A stretch of DNA of 64,000 nucleotides from Methanobacteriota archaeon (GTDB lineage Archaea > Thermoplasmatota > Poseidoniia > Poseidoniales > Thalassarchaeaceae). The translations under genes were made by a program, and so were the position numbers. Every line of letters starts with the position of its first letter. The stretch's first letter is position 1. Where the stretch lies: positions 2,147 through 66,146 of the forward strand of contig PBSO01000025.1 in assembly GCA_002726275.1 (NCBI GenBank). The letters run 5' to 3'. The notes under the pieces were generated by a model. That model was not told where the DNA came from and did not search any database. It was given only the letters and a program-made list of their open reading frames with translations. Positions 43,740-52,736 of this stretch are shown here, piece after piece.

Positions 43740-46700
43740 CTTCGGTCCTCCAGTTCGAGTCTCATAGCGACTCCCAAACTCTTCATCTCATCGAGAAGTA
43801 GTTTGAACGCGTATGAAGTCTGTACGGAGTGGACGTCCGCTCTGTCTCCACAAGAGGGACAGACCGTAGTCCTCCTCTTCCAGTCGTAGTATGCGATGTG
43901 CCCACACCTAGGCGTGTTGCACACCATCAGTGGCCAGCCGTCGGATTCATCCAGAAGCCTGTCCTTTATCACCATGGACGCGCCATGGGAAATCAGACAG
44001 TCTCTCTCCATCTCCCCAAACCTGAGGCCTCCCTGCCGGGCTCTACCCTCAGTTGGTTGCCTTGTAAGAATCTGGACCCTTCCCCTACTTCTGGCATGCA
44101 GCTTACTGCTTACCAAATGATGGAGTCTCTGGTAGTAAATTACTCCTACGAAAACCTCTGCCGGATATTGTTCCCCGGTCTCCCCACTAATCATGTTCTC
44201 TCTTCCCGTGTGGTTAAATCCGTTTCTCAGAAGTCCTGATCTCAGGGACTCCTCCTTCTCACCCGTGAATGCGGTTCCATCTATTCTCCTTGCTTCCATT
44301 GCACCGACCTTTCCGCCGATCATCTCGAGGACGTGGGCTACCGTCATTCGGGACGGGATGGCATGGGGATTGATGATTAAGTCGGGAACCACTCCATCGG
44401 CTGTGAATGGCATATCAGACTCCTCCACTATCCTTCCAATGATTCCCTTCTGCCCGTGCCTACTGGCGAACTTGTCTCCCAGTTCTGGAATCTTGTTTGT
44501 CCTTAGGGTGATTCTTACCAACCTGCCAGAGTCCAACGATTCTGTGACAAACACGTTGTCGACCCATCCATGTTCTCCATGTCGGACCATCATCGATGAC
44601 TCCCTTCTCTCCTGTGCCTGAAGGAATGCGCCATGTGCCTCTTCTAGGAATCTAGGAGGGCTGGTCTTTCCGACCAGTACAGCTGAGTCAGAGCCGCCGC
44701 TGGTCAGGAACTCTTCTGGAACGGGTAGTCCGTCCCTCTCCAAGTGAGAGTAGCTATCGAATGATTTCATGCCCTTAATTTCGTCAAGGCCGGTACCAGG
44801 AACCTCTATCCTCTCTTCCTGGCCACCAGGGAATCTGCGATTTTCAGCGTTGTATGTTCGTATGAAGGTAGACCTTCCCAATGCCCTCTCAATTGAGGCC
44901 TTGTTCATGACAACTGCGTCCTGCATATTGTAACCATGATGGCTCATTATTGCGACGACCAAATTCTGACCGCCTGGCCTACTGTTGAAGTTGGTGGTGT
45001 CCATTGCACGTGTTCCAACGAGAGACCTCTGTGGGTAGTGCATTATGTGGGCCCTTGTATCGGGCCTTAGCCTGTAGTTAGCACTTGGTAGACCTAGGCT
45101 CTGTTTCACCATCGCCGTCCCCCCAGTTACTCTCGGAGTGGAGTTGTGTTCCGGGTATGGAACCAGTGCTGCACATACGCCCAGAATGAGTTGAGGATCA
45201 ATCTCAACATGGGTGTATACGAGAACCGTATTGCCCTTCTTCTCCTTCTTCTTGAGGGCCTCTACGTCGTCCTGATGATAATTCAATGGAACTGAGAACT
45301 TCTCAGTAACTGTAGTGCCATCTGGTAATTTGACCTCCACAGATAGTTTGGCTTTGGAAATCTCCTCATCACCGAGGTTCAGCCACGTTACCTTTGATGG
45401 ATCCATGGGGCGCTTATTCTTGGGTGACAATTCTGGGAGATCGAAGGGTCTTGGTGCCACGAGAAGGTCCTCCTCCTCCTCTGCATCGACCCATTCAACG
45501 ACTCCTGACGAAACCAAGTCCGAGAATGTTATCTCTCCCGACTCAAGCCCTTCCAAGTGGAATTTAGAGAGTGTCAATGTACCGTCCTCCAATACCAGCA
45601 GTGGTCGCATAATTCGGCCCCTGTCCGTATTGATGTATACATCTCTATTCTCAGTGTCGTGCCTGATGCTAACCTCAGGCCTGATTCTTCCTGATCTGCG
45701 TCGGCGCTTGAATTGGGAAACTAGTTTGTTGGGCCTCTTGTGCAGTCCGAAGATATCGCCATTTACGTGGATTCTAGAGCCGTCGGCCCATCCCTCTGGG
45801 CTCGGGTCAACTCCTGCCTCAACAAGTAGCTCCTTGACATCAGCCTCTGGAACTTCCTCCGAAACGTCAATCATCTGTGCCGCGTTCTTGACGAGGCCGC
45901 AATTTTGCCCCTCAGGAGTCTCGTTGGGGCAGAGCCTACCCCAATGAGTAGGGTGCAAGTCCCTGGCCTCGAAGTGCGGTTGACTCCTAACTAGTGGACT
46001 AGTGACCCTGCGCATGTGTGAGAGCGAGGCCAGGTAAGTCGTCCTATCCAGAAGCTGGCTCACACCTGATCTTCCTCCGACCCAGTTCCCTGTAGCCAAA
46101 GCGTGCATTATCTTGGATGTCAGAACATCGGGCCTGAGGCAGGAATTTATCTTGAGTTCCCTCTTTCTGTTGTGGTGCCTCTCAAGTTGGTACTTCAGGT
46201 CCCTAGCGAGTCCTTGTACTCCTACCCTAAACAGGTCTTCCATCAGGTCCCCTGCTAAGCGTACTCTCTTGTTCGCGTAGTGGTCCTTGTCATTTGGGTC
46301 CCTATTTGTTATAGCCATCTCAAGAACCTGACGAACTATCCTTCCAAGGAATATCGCCTTCTTAGTCCTGACCTCATCATTGGACCCCAAGTGAGGCAGT
46401 AGCTCTTTGTCGAGGAGGTTCTGGATTCGCGACTCCCTGTATTCCTTCTGCTGACCTGCAGCGAATTTCTTCTCCAACCAGGCCATTGCCTCCTCTGTAT
46501 TGTCAACTCCGTATTCGGGATTGTCCTTGACATCATTCAAGTTAGCTACAGTGTACTTCATTGCCTCCACAGGACCAGCTATGGCAGAGAAAATGTCCCT
46601 GTCATTCTCCATCCCTAGTGCCCTCATGAGCAATACTACGGGGATGGCAGTTGTTCCTGCACTTGGAATCTTGACCATCAGCATTCCATCTCTACGCTTT

Positions 46701-47452
46701 TCTACATTGATGGGTTTCCTGACACCGTCTTTCTGGGAGAATATCTTTGCTACTTCTGTCTCGTGTGCGTACTTCTTGTTCTTCTCAACGGTTACTCTGT
46801 TGGGAGCCAGGTCCTCCATTGAAATTAGGACTCTCTCGGTCCCATTGATTATGAAATAACCTCCCGGGTCTAGCGGATCTTCCCCCGCCTTTCTCAAAAG
46901 TTGCTTCAGGATATCGGCATCTTCTGGGATGGTTGTTGGAGAAAGCTTGCGGGACTTCTCTTGTGTCCCTGCAATGTGATCCGGATGTAGGTTGCATCTA
47001 GCTGAACGGACCATTATTGGAAGGTTTCCTATGTGGACGCTTTCTTCCTCTATGTATCCCAAGTCCGCTCCTTCAGTAGTGGGCAAATCGTCCCTGTAGA
47101 TTCTGAAATCCATGTAAATTGGGGAGAAATATGTTAGTTTCCTTAGTCTGCACTCAAGGGGTGTTGCGGGATGCTCTGCACCGTTTGCCTCTCGAACGGT
47201 GGGTGCCCCCAGCCTAATTCCCTTCATCCTGATGTATATCTCCTTGTCTAGGACGTCAAGCTTGATCATTCCTCCTGATTCTTCCCCTCCGGGAACCTCC
47301 TCGAGAGGATCATCACTGCCAATCCTGATGCCCCTTACAATTCTCTCCATCCTACTGGCTCGGCCATCCCCTGGAATGCAATCATTGTATGATGCAAGTT
47401 GGTGATTAACCATGCTTCTGTGCGCGAAATAACTCTTTACTATCTCCTTCAT
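43736..47452 (-). CDS. rpoB: RNA polymerase subunit Rpo2 (B), unsplit
   Basis: GYFIINGTERV, ETPEGQNCGL, GDKFASRHGQKG, GGLRFGEMERD; 1238 aa. Confidence 0.98.
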   Translation of the reverse strand: MKEIVKSYFAHRSMVNHQLASYNDCIPGDGRASRMERIVRGIRIGSDDPLEEVPGGEESGGMIKLDVLDKEIYIRMKGIRLGAPTVREANGAEHPATPLECRLRKLTYFSPIYMDFRIYRDDLPTTEGADLGYIEEESVHIGNLPIMVRSARCNLHPDHIAGTQEKSRKLSPTTIPEDADILKQLLRKAGEDPLDPGGYFIINGTERVLISMEDLAPNRVTVEKNKKYAHETEVAKIFSQKDGVRKPINVEKRRDGMLMVKIPSAGTTAIPVVLLMRALGMENDRDIFSAIAGPVEAMKYTVANLNDVKDNPEYGVDNTEEAMAWLEKKFAAGQQKEYRESRIQNLLDKELLPHLGSNDEVRTKKAIFLGRIVRQVLEMAITNRDPNDKDHYANKRVRLAGDLMEDLFRVGVQGLARDLKYQLERHHNRKRELKINSCLRPDVLTSKIMHALATGNWVGGRSGVSQLLDRTTYLASLSHMRRVTSPLVRSQPHFEARDLHPTHWGRLCPNETPEGQNCGLVKNAAQMIDVSEEVPEADVKELLVEAGVDPSPEGWADGSRIHVNGDIFGLHKRPNKLVSQFKRRRRSGRIRPEVSIRHDTENRDVYINTDRGRIMRPLLVLEDGTLTLSKFHLEGLESGEITFSDLVSSGVVEWVDAEEEEDLLVAPRPFDLPELSPKNKRPMDPSKVTWLNLGDEEISKAKLSVEVKLPDGTTVTEKFSVPLNYHQDDVEALKKKEKKGNTVLVYTHVEIDPQLILGVCAALVPYPEHNSTPRVTGGTAMVKQSLGLPSANYRLRPDTRAHIMHYPQRSLVGTRAMDTTNFNSRPGGQNLVVAIMSHHGYNMQDAVVMNKASIERALGRSTFIRTYNAENRRFPGGQEERIEVPGTGLDEIKGMKSFDSYSHLERDGLPVPEEFLTSGGSDSAVLVGKTSPPRFLEEAHGAFLQAQERRESSMMVRHGEHGWVDNVFVTESLDSGRLVRITLRTNKIPELGDKFASRHGQKGIIGRIVEESDMPFTADGVVPDLIINPHAIPSRMTVAHVLEMIGGKVGAMEARRIDGTAFTGEKEESLRSGLLRNGFNHTGRENMISGETGEQYPAEVFVGVIYYQRLHHLVSSKLHARSRGRVQILTRQPTEGRARQGGLRFGEMERDCLISHGASMVIKDRLLDESDGWPLMVCNTPRCGHIAYYDWKRRTTVCPSCGDRADVHSVQTSYAFKLLLDEMKSLGVAMRLELEDRR

Positions 47453-47462
47453 CTATTGCACC

Positions 47463-48080
47463 TCAATTACTCTCCACAATTAGTCGGTAGGCCGTGGTAG
47501 CACCTGCTGACCTACTATACCTCACAACTTTCACGACCCTGTTCCTGAGCCAACCCGCTGGGAAGTCATCCTCCCTGGTCCCCCCTGCTATCTCATTCCT
47601 TCTCTTTTCTTCCTCGATTTCCTTCAAGGCCTGTACAGCTGGATCTGTTATGAGTATCTTGGGCAGTAGCTCCTTGGCCAATCGGCTGTTGCCCGAATTG
47701 TCCTTTTCTAACAATCCCCATGGAGAGAGGATGTCTTCCTCGTCATCCTCTGGAACTAGATCATGATGGGGGACTAGTTGGTGGTTTAGAACGTTGAATC
47801 TATCATCGCCGACTGGTATGTCTTCATCCAGAAGAGCGCTCCTGGATATTGTTATCCTCCCCGCTCTACTCCTCCTCCTCGAGGCGGCTTGCTCCCTTAT
47901 GATTCCCATAATGTTGTCAATATCAGCTGAGCCAGTCTCGAGATCGGTTTTCTTGGCGACTTCTTCGACTGTCATCCTCTTGATGGCATCCATATTCGCA
48001 TCATCAGCGAGTTTGTGGGCGTGCTCCTCGGAGACACCGAGTTCTATTAGTCTCTTTTTGGTTGAACTTTTGACTGCCAT
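47463..48080 (-). CDS. rpoH: RNA polymerase subunit Rpo5 (H) with ~90-aa N-terminal extension
   Basis: HQLVPHH, LPKILITDP, RYSRSAG..YRLIV. First gene of the rpo operon; GGAGGGGG RBS. Confidence 0.9.
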   Translation of the reverse strand: MAVKSSTKKRLIELGVSEEHAHKLADDANMDAIKRMTVEEVAKKTDLETGSADIDNIMGIIREQAASRRRSRAGRITISRSALLDEDIPVGDDRFNVLNHQLVPHHDLVPEDDEEDILSPWGLLEKDNSGNSRLAKELLPKILITDPAVQALKEIEEEKRRNEIAGGTREDDFPAGWLRNRVVKVVRYSRSAGATTAYRLIVESN

Positions 48081-48129
48081 GCGCACTCCCCCTCCAGCAA
48101 AAACAGGGGCCTAGTGCTTCGTTCAGGAG

Positions 48130-48203
48130 AGGGCCCGGGGGGATTCGAACCCCCGGCCACCGGGTTAAAAGCCCGGTGCTCTACCTGACTAAGCTACAGG
48201 CCC
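48130..48203 (-). tRNA. tRNA-Lys(TTT)
   Basis: Minus strand GGGCCTG-TAGCTTAGTCAGGTAGAGC-A-CCGGG-CTTTTAA-CCCGG..GGGGGTTCGAATCCCCC-CGGGCCC; CCA not encoded. Confidence 0.95.
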
Positions 48204-48358
48204 ATGGCTGATGCTGGGCTGTTGGCGGACCGTAGGGGTATTTTTGAACCTACCGGCAAAGGCAACGCTAGCCCGGGACCGGCTGAGCTCCCTTGGGGGA
48301 TTGGGGAAGCAGATGCTAGTTGGGGCAGGTCCGCATAAAGTTTTGCTGAATTGAGAGG

Positions 48359-49732
48359 ATGAAAATGGGAAAAACAAGCCGCAATGCGGACATATCAAGA
48401 GGCACTAAGGTTGTTGATTTCAGCGTTGGTGAGAATGGGCCCTGGAGATTGACTATCCCACGAACGGTTTATCCCCCAAGAGAAGACACAGAGCTTCTTG
48501 CAGAGGCTTTGTATTCTCTCGACATTATGCCATCCCTAGCGGTCGAAATTGGATGTGGCTCAGGTGCACTTTCGATCATTTTGGCAGAGTTAGGATGGGA
48601 AGTATTGGCGTACGATGTTAACCCCTATGCAGTTGCATCTTCGAGATCGAATGTTGAGGAACATGCCTTATCGAATAAAGTGTCGGTGTTTGAAGGCGGC
48701 GTGGGTGAAAATAATTGGTCGATACCAGAGGGCGTAAAACTTCTGATTTGGAACCTGCCATATCTAGAGCCGTCAGATGGCCCGCTAATTCTTGAGCCGA
48801 TTGAGGAGGCCTCAATGGTCGATATCCCCAATGGAGGCTGGTCTTCCAAACTAATTGGTACGGCCGAAAATCATAAGGAGGACGGATTCATCATCATTCT
48901 TCTAATGAGAACTGACCCAGAAAGTCCGAGCAAGAGAGAGGATTGGTTGTCCAGAGGATGGTCTTGTAGAGAGCTAATGAGCCTCAGAATTGCTGATGAA
49001 AAGATAGGTGCATTCGCATTCTGGAAGCCGGGTTCTGGAATTGGAGCTGTTACCCTCGATGAGTGCGGGTCGACTATGGATGAGGCAATCAAGCTCGCAG
49101 AATCCGGGTGGCAGAGAGTTAGGGCGGATAGGCAGCTGCTTGGAAGAGGCAGGAGGGGTTCCACTTGGGAGTCAGAGATAGGGGATCTGATTGCAACTTG
49201 GAGAGTTCCCGTGAATAAGGAATCTGGGGCCAATCATGGTTTGATTCAAATCGCTGCTGGTAGTGTGATATCCAAAGGTATTGGATGCAGAGTAAAGTGG
49301 CCAAACGACCTTATTGACGCCAGTGGGAAGAAGTTGGGCGGAGTTGTATCAGAGACATCTAGCAAGGAAAAGGGGATGAGGGTCGGGGTTGGCATCAACT
49401 CGGAACCTAGAGATGTTGGCGGGAATGAGGCCTCGGGCTGGTCTGAAACACTCGGAAAAACTGACATTGATGCCGTTTTCGGAATTGTTGATGCCTCACT
49501 ATCGGGAATCTTGGAGAATATACCAGGACTGCCCGTTCTGGGTGGAGATAAACTCCTAGAAATATCATGGAGGGGTTTGTCCACCTCCCTCTCAGAGGGA
49601 GCTTTCCCCTCAACTGCAAGTGGGATGGAGAGGGTTGTAGGGCTGGATACTGATGGGGGTTTGATAATTGAGTCCAGGGGGGCATTATCGGTCATCACCG
49701 ATGTGGACGAGCTTGTGTGGCTATTCCCCTAA
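48359..49732 (+). CDS. Fusion: HemK/Mtq2-like N5-glutamine methyltransferase + biotin-protein ligase
   Basis: VYPPREDT, EIGCGSG and NLPY, followed by Q..GRGRRG..W, KWPNDL, KKLGG and GVGIN, all in one ORF. Confidence 0.85.
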   Translation: MKMGKTSRNADISRGTKVVDFSVGENGPWRLTIPRTVYPPREDTELLAEALYSLDIMPSLAVEIGCGSGALSIILAELGWEVLAYDVNPYAVASSRSNVEEHALSNKVSVFEGGVGENNWSIPEGVKLLIWNLPYLEPSDGPLILEPIEEASMVDIPNGGWSSKLIGTAENHKEDGFIIILLMRTDPESPSKREDWLSRGWSCRELMSLRIADEKIGAFAFWKPGSGIGAVTLDECGSTMDEAIKLAESGWQRVRADRQLLGRGRRGSTWESEIGDLIATWRVPVNKESGANHGLIQIAAGSVISKGIGCRVKWPNDLIDASGKKLGGVVSETSSKEKGMRVGVGINSEPRDVGGNEASGWSETLGKTDIDAVFGIVDASLSGILENIPGLPVLGGDKLLEISWRGLSTSLSEGAFPSTASGMERVVGLDTDGGLIIESRGALSVITDVDELVWLFP

Positions 49733-50040
49733 CGCTTCCTAGGTGGCCTCTCAAGTCCCATCCTTTCCCTGACCAGTCGGATCTTGCCCGACTTAGCCAC
49801 GGTCGAAATTGATTTGATCGAGTTTAGGGTAGAAATGGCACTATCGGAGTCGGGAAGAGAGACCCTTAGTATGCAGAGGACTGGTTTCTGGGAGTTCGCA
49901 AAGTCATAGAGTCGCCACCCCATATCGCCCAGTGTCTTCTCAAGTATCGCCTCCATCGCAGATCTGTCCTGAACGATATTTTCCACTTGGAATCCTATCC
50001 ATCTGTGTTTGCCCCTAGAAGCCTTTCTCTGCCTCGCCAC
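49729..50040 (-). CDS. RNase P protein component 2 (Pop5/Rpp14)-like
   Basis: RGKHRWIGF...ILRV...KSGKIRLVR pattern. GTG start assumed. Confidence 0.6.
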   Translation of the reverse strand: MARQRKASRGKHRWIGFQVENIVQDRSAMEAILEKTLGDMGWRLYDFANSQKPVLCILRVSLPDSDSAISTLNSIKSISTVAKSGKIRLVRERMGLERPPRKR

Positions 50041-50081
50041 GATAGCTCGGAAGGGGCATCCACTTAACGCATGATGGGTAA

Positions 50082-50996
50082 TCAATCGAGTCCACTGACT
50101 ACCGCAACAAGCCGGAGTCTGCCCACCATGTCATCACTGGTTCTGGCACCCATAATAACCTGGCAATCCGGATCCATGGATGATACGAAAGCATCGGTAA
50201 TCTGATCCAGATGTGCCAGAGTCATGTCGGGCCCTCCTTCCAATTGAACGAGGCATCCCTTCGCGCCTCTGATTTCTATCTCGGATAGGGGTGAGTTACG
50301 TGCCATTTCTACAACCTTCTCAGGAAGTTCGGTCGTACCCGTACCAACAATCAATGTGGCGTTCCCAGGTTTTTCTATTATCGAACGCATGTCCATCAAA
50401 TCCAAATTTATTGTCCCTACCTCTGCTATAGTGGTCACTAGCCCCTCTATCAGCTCCTCTATCCAACCGGACCCAGTGATCCAGTCTGTCTTACGCTGCC
50501 TTGCCTGCCAAGCGAGCCTCTCCATACTCACCCTAATGCAGACATGGGAGTTGAAATCCAATCCCGAAATGGCCTCATTGGCTATAGAGCACCTCAGAGG
50601 CTGTTCTGCGAAGGGGAGTCCGGCGATTGAAAGAACTATGCAGCCCCTTTGTTTGGCGACAGAAGCGATTTCCGAAGATGCCCCAGAACCCATTCCCCCG
50701 CCCAGTCCGGTAAGAATCATCATTATTTCTGCCCTCTCGATCAGGGGCATTACGGAATCTAGTCCCTCCCTCAATCTGTGAGTGGCCATCATTGGCAAGG
50801 CTGCGGAGCCCCTGCCCTCACCTCCCGCATCGAGAAATAAGCAGTTTGCAGTGTTGGCACCTTCAAAGGAAGACTCGTCCGCATCAATTAGAAGAAGCTC
50901 TGATAAATCCTGACAACTAGTATGCGCCTGCCTGGCCCAGATGCAACCTATGCCCCCTACACCGACAATGAGGATGGCCCCCTCCTCCATGGTCAT
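50082..50996 (-). CDS. Divergent FtsZ-family protein
   Basis: VGVGGIG, GLGGGMGSG, GTINLDLMD, SPL, ViMGA; no C-terminal tail. Confidence 0.85.
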   Translation of the reverse strand: MTMEEGAILIVGVGGIGCIWARQAHTSCQDLSELLLIDADESSFEGANTANCLFLDAGGEGRGSAALPMMATHRLREGLDSVMPLIERAEIMMILTGLGGGMGSGASSEIASVAKQRGCIVLSIAGLPFAEQPLRCSIANEAISGLDFNSHVCIRVSMERLAWQARQRKTDWITGSGWIEELIEGLVTTIAEVGTINLDLMDMRSIIEKPGNATLIVGTGTTELPEKVVEMARNSPLSEIEIRGAKGCLVQLEGGPDMTLAHLDQITDAFVSSMDPDCQVIMGARTSDDMVGRLRLVAVVSGLD

Positions 50997-51024
50997 GCCA
51001 TGTATGTCTAGTGTTTAGAGTGTA

Positions 51025-51330
51025 CTAGTCATAAGAGATGTATCTCTGATATCTTCTCCTCTCGTCTCTCGCCCATGCATTATCTGGTTCTATTTCTAAG
51101 ACCTTGTCATAGTACTCTATTGCAGCCTCAAAATCTGAGAGATGCCTGCCGTTCATATGCCCGAGGATGTTGAGAACAGGGACACAGCTGGGATCATCCT
51201 CGAGCATGGAAAGAAGAATCTCCTCTGCGCCTGAAATGTCCATCATCTCCATCTTGTCTTCAGCAGAATCGAGAAGCGAAACTTGAGTTTCGGATAGCCT
51301 ATACAGGTTGCGCCAATTGGGATTCGCCAT
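51025..51330 (-). CDS. Small TPR-repeat protein
   Basis: AIEYYDKVLEIEPDNAWA TPR. Start MANP at 51330. Confidence 0.8.
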   Translation of the reverse strand: MANPNWRNLYRLSETQVSLLDSAEDKMEMMDISGAEEILLSMLEDDPSCVPVLNILGHMNGRHLSDFEAAIEYYDKVLEIEPDNAWARDERRRYQRYISYD

Positions 51331-51477
51331 GGCATCCCTAGGGGCTCTTTCCGTATTAGTTTGGTGAGTAACTGGAATCATCCTAAATGTGGGTTTCAGG
51401 GGCAAGTTACAAGTTGACGACATGGAACGTTAATAGCCTCGTTTCAGGTGGGCCAACACGTCCACTGAGGGTTCATC

Positions 51478-52287
51478 ATGAGGTCCGCTCTGACAAGCTC
51501 CAGAAGGCTGTTCGTGATGGGGGCCGTCGCACTCCTTCTCGCAGGGGGTGTTCAGGCCTTCCACACAGGCGTAGGAGGGGACGCGAATGGGGACGGGGAT
51601 GTGTCCATAGCAGGTTGCACATGCCATTCAGAAGAACCAGACAACTCAGTCACACTAATCCTGGCCGAAGTTCCCCATAGGTACCAACCGGGAGTAACCT
51701 ATGACATGAAAATACAGATTGTTGGAGGGCCCGATATAGACTCTTCTTCTGGAACTGCGGGTTTCTCAATGAAGATATCAGCTGGAACTCTTGGGGCCTC
51801 GGAAGGGTCTGAAAACTTGGTGCAAAACTGGGAAGAAGATCCGCAAACATTGACGCATACTGATCCGGGTTCACAGACGGCGGATAGAACATGGCACATC
51901 TCATGGACGGCACCGCCCTCTGATTCTGGCATAGTTACGCTGTGGCTTGCAGGAAACTCGGTGAATGGAGATGGGGTCCCTTCTGATTTAGACAGATGGA
52001 ACAGACTTAGCACTACCATAGATGAGGGCGATGACAGTGGTACAAGAACCGTTTTTGCAGGCAATGGGGACATAGAGCCGCCGGCTCCTGGAGAAGAGAG
52101 CATAGACCTTCACCACATGGGAGCGGGATTGCGGGCGCATTGGCTTGGGCTCCTTGGTTTCGCAGCCGTGGTCATCGTGATAATTTTCTGTGGACTAATG
52201 CTCAGGTACGGATTCTCAAGGCACTACGAAGGAAGGAGCAATCTTCTGAGATTGCGGATTAAGCACCAGAGGAGAGGTGATCAGTAA
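51478..52287 (+). CDS. Secreted Reeler/choice-of-anchor-V-like protein with CxCH motif, C-terminal TM; first gene of the Rieske/cyt b operon
   Basis: Signal peptide (VQA), GCTCH, YQPGVTY, WTAP..LWLAGNSVNG, TM, basic tail. Stop overlaps the next start. Confidence 0.65.
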   Translation: MRSALTSSRRLFVMGAVALLLAGGVQAFHTGVGGDANGDGDVSIAGCTCHSEEPDNSVTLILAEVPHRYQPGVTYDMKIQIVGGPDIDSSSGTAGFSMKISAGTLGASEGSENLVQNWEEDPQTLTHTDPGSQTADRTWHISWTAPPSDSGIVTLWLAGNSVNGDGVPSDLDRWNRLSTTIDEGDDSGTRTVFAGNGDIEPPAPGEESIDLHHMGAGLRAHWLGLLGFAAVVIVIIFCGLMLRYGFSRHYEGRSNLLRLRIKHQRRGDQ

Positions 52288-52736
52288 TGAAGGACGATAT
52301 TGTTCTGAAGATGCTCAGACAGGTAGCTTCAGGTGAGGTTAGTGTGGATGATGCCAGGGAGGCTCTCGAGGGAGTAAGTCTTAGTGAAGAAATTTATGAG
52401 TCTGCTGTGAATCATGGAGTTTTCAACGAAGCGTCACCTGGTTCGATTGTCAGAGCTAGCGTTTCACCCTCCGGTGACTCTTGGCTGATCATATTGGTTG
52501 GCCTGTGGGGGATTGTTTGGTCCCTATATTGGGCAGGCTCCTTGTCCTATGGTCTATACAACCACTGGGATCAACAATTACTGTCATTTTTCTTGGGCAT
52601 GCTTCTGTTGACGGTTATCATAATGGGAATGATATACATGAAATACGTTATGCCCGACATACTCATAGTCAAGAAGAGGAGAGGGAAGTACATAACTCCG
52701 AAAGACCCTGATTCCTGGAAACAATACAAGGTGTGA
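52287..52736 (+). CDS. Small 2-TM membrane protein in the Rieske/cyt b operon
   Basis: Translationally coupled to both neighbours; two TMs. Confidence 0.65.
   Translation: MKDDIVLKMLRQVASGEVSVDDAREALEGVSLSEEIYESAVNHGVFNEASPGSIVRASVSPSGDSWLIILVGLWGIVWSLYWAGSLSYGLYNHWDQQLLSFFLGMLLLTVIIMGMIYMKYVMPDILIVKKRRGKYITPKDPDSWKQYKV

Noticed and set aside
38046-47766. Many long antisense ORFs over the rpo operon and the adjacent gene (e.g. 38046-38747, 45315-45947)
   Set aside because: Ser/Pro/Ile-rich translations typical of the reverse frame of real genes; no motifs or RBS.
48204-48358. GC-rich intergenic stretch next to tRNA-Lys as possible ncRNA or integration site
   Set aside because: No convincing stem, no SRP/RNase P motif, no tRNA-end duplication and no integrase; most likely the tRNA leader plus divergent promoters.
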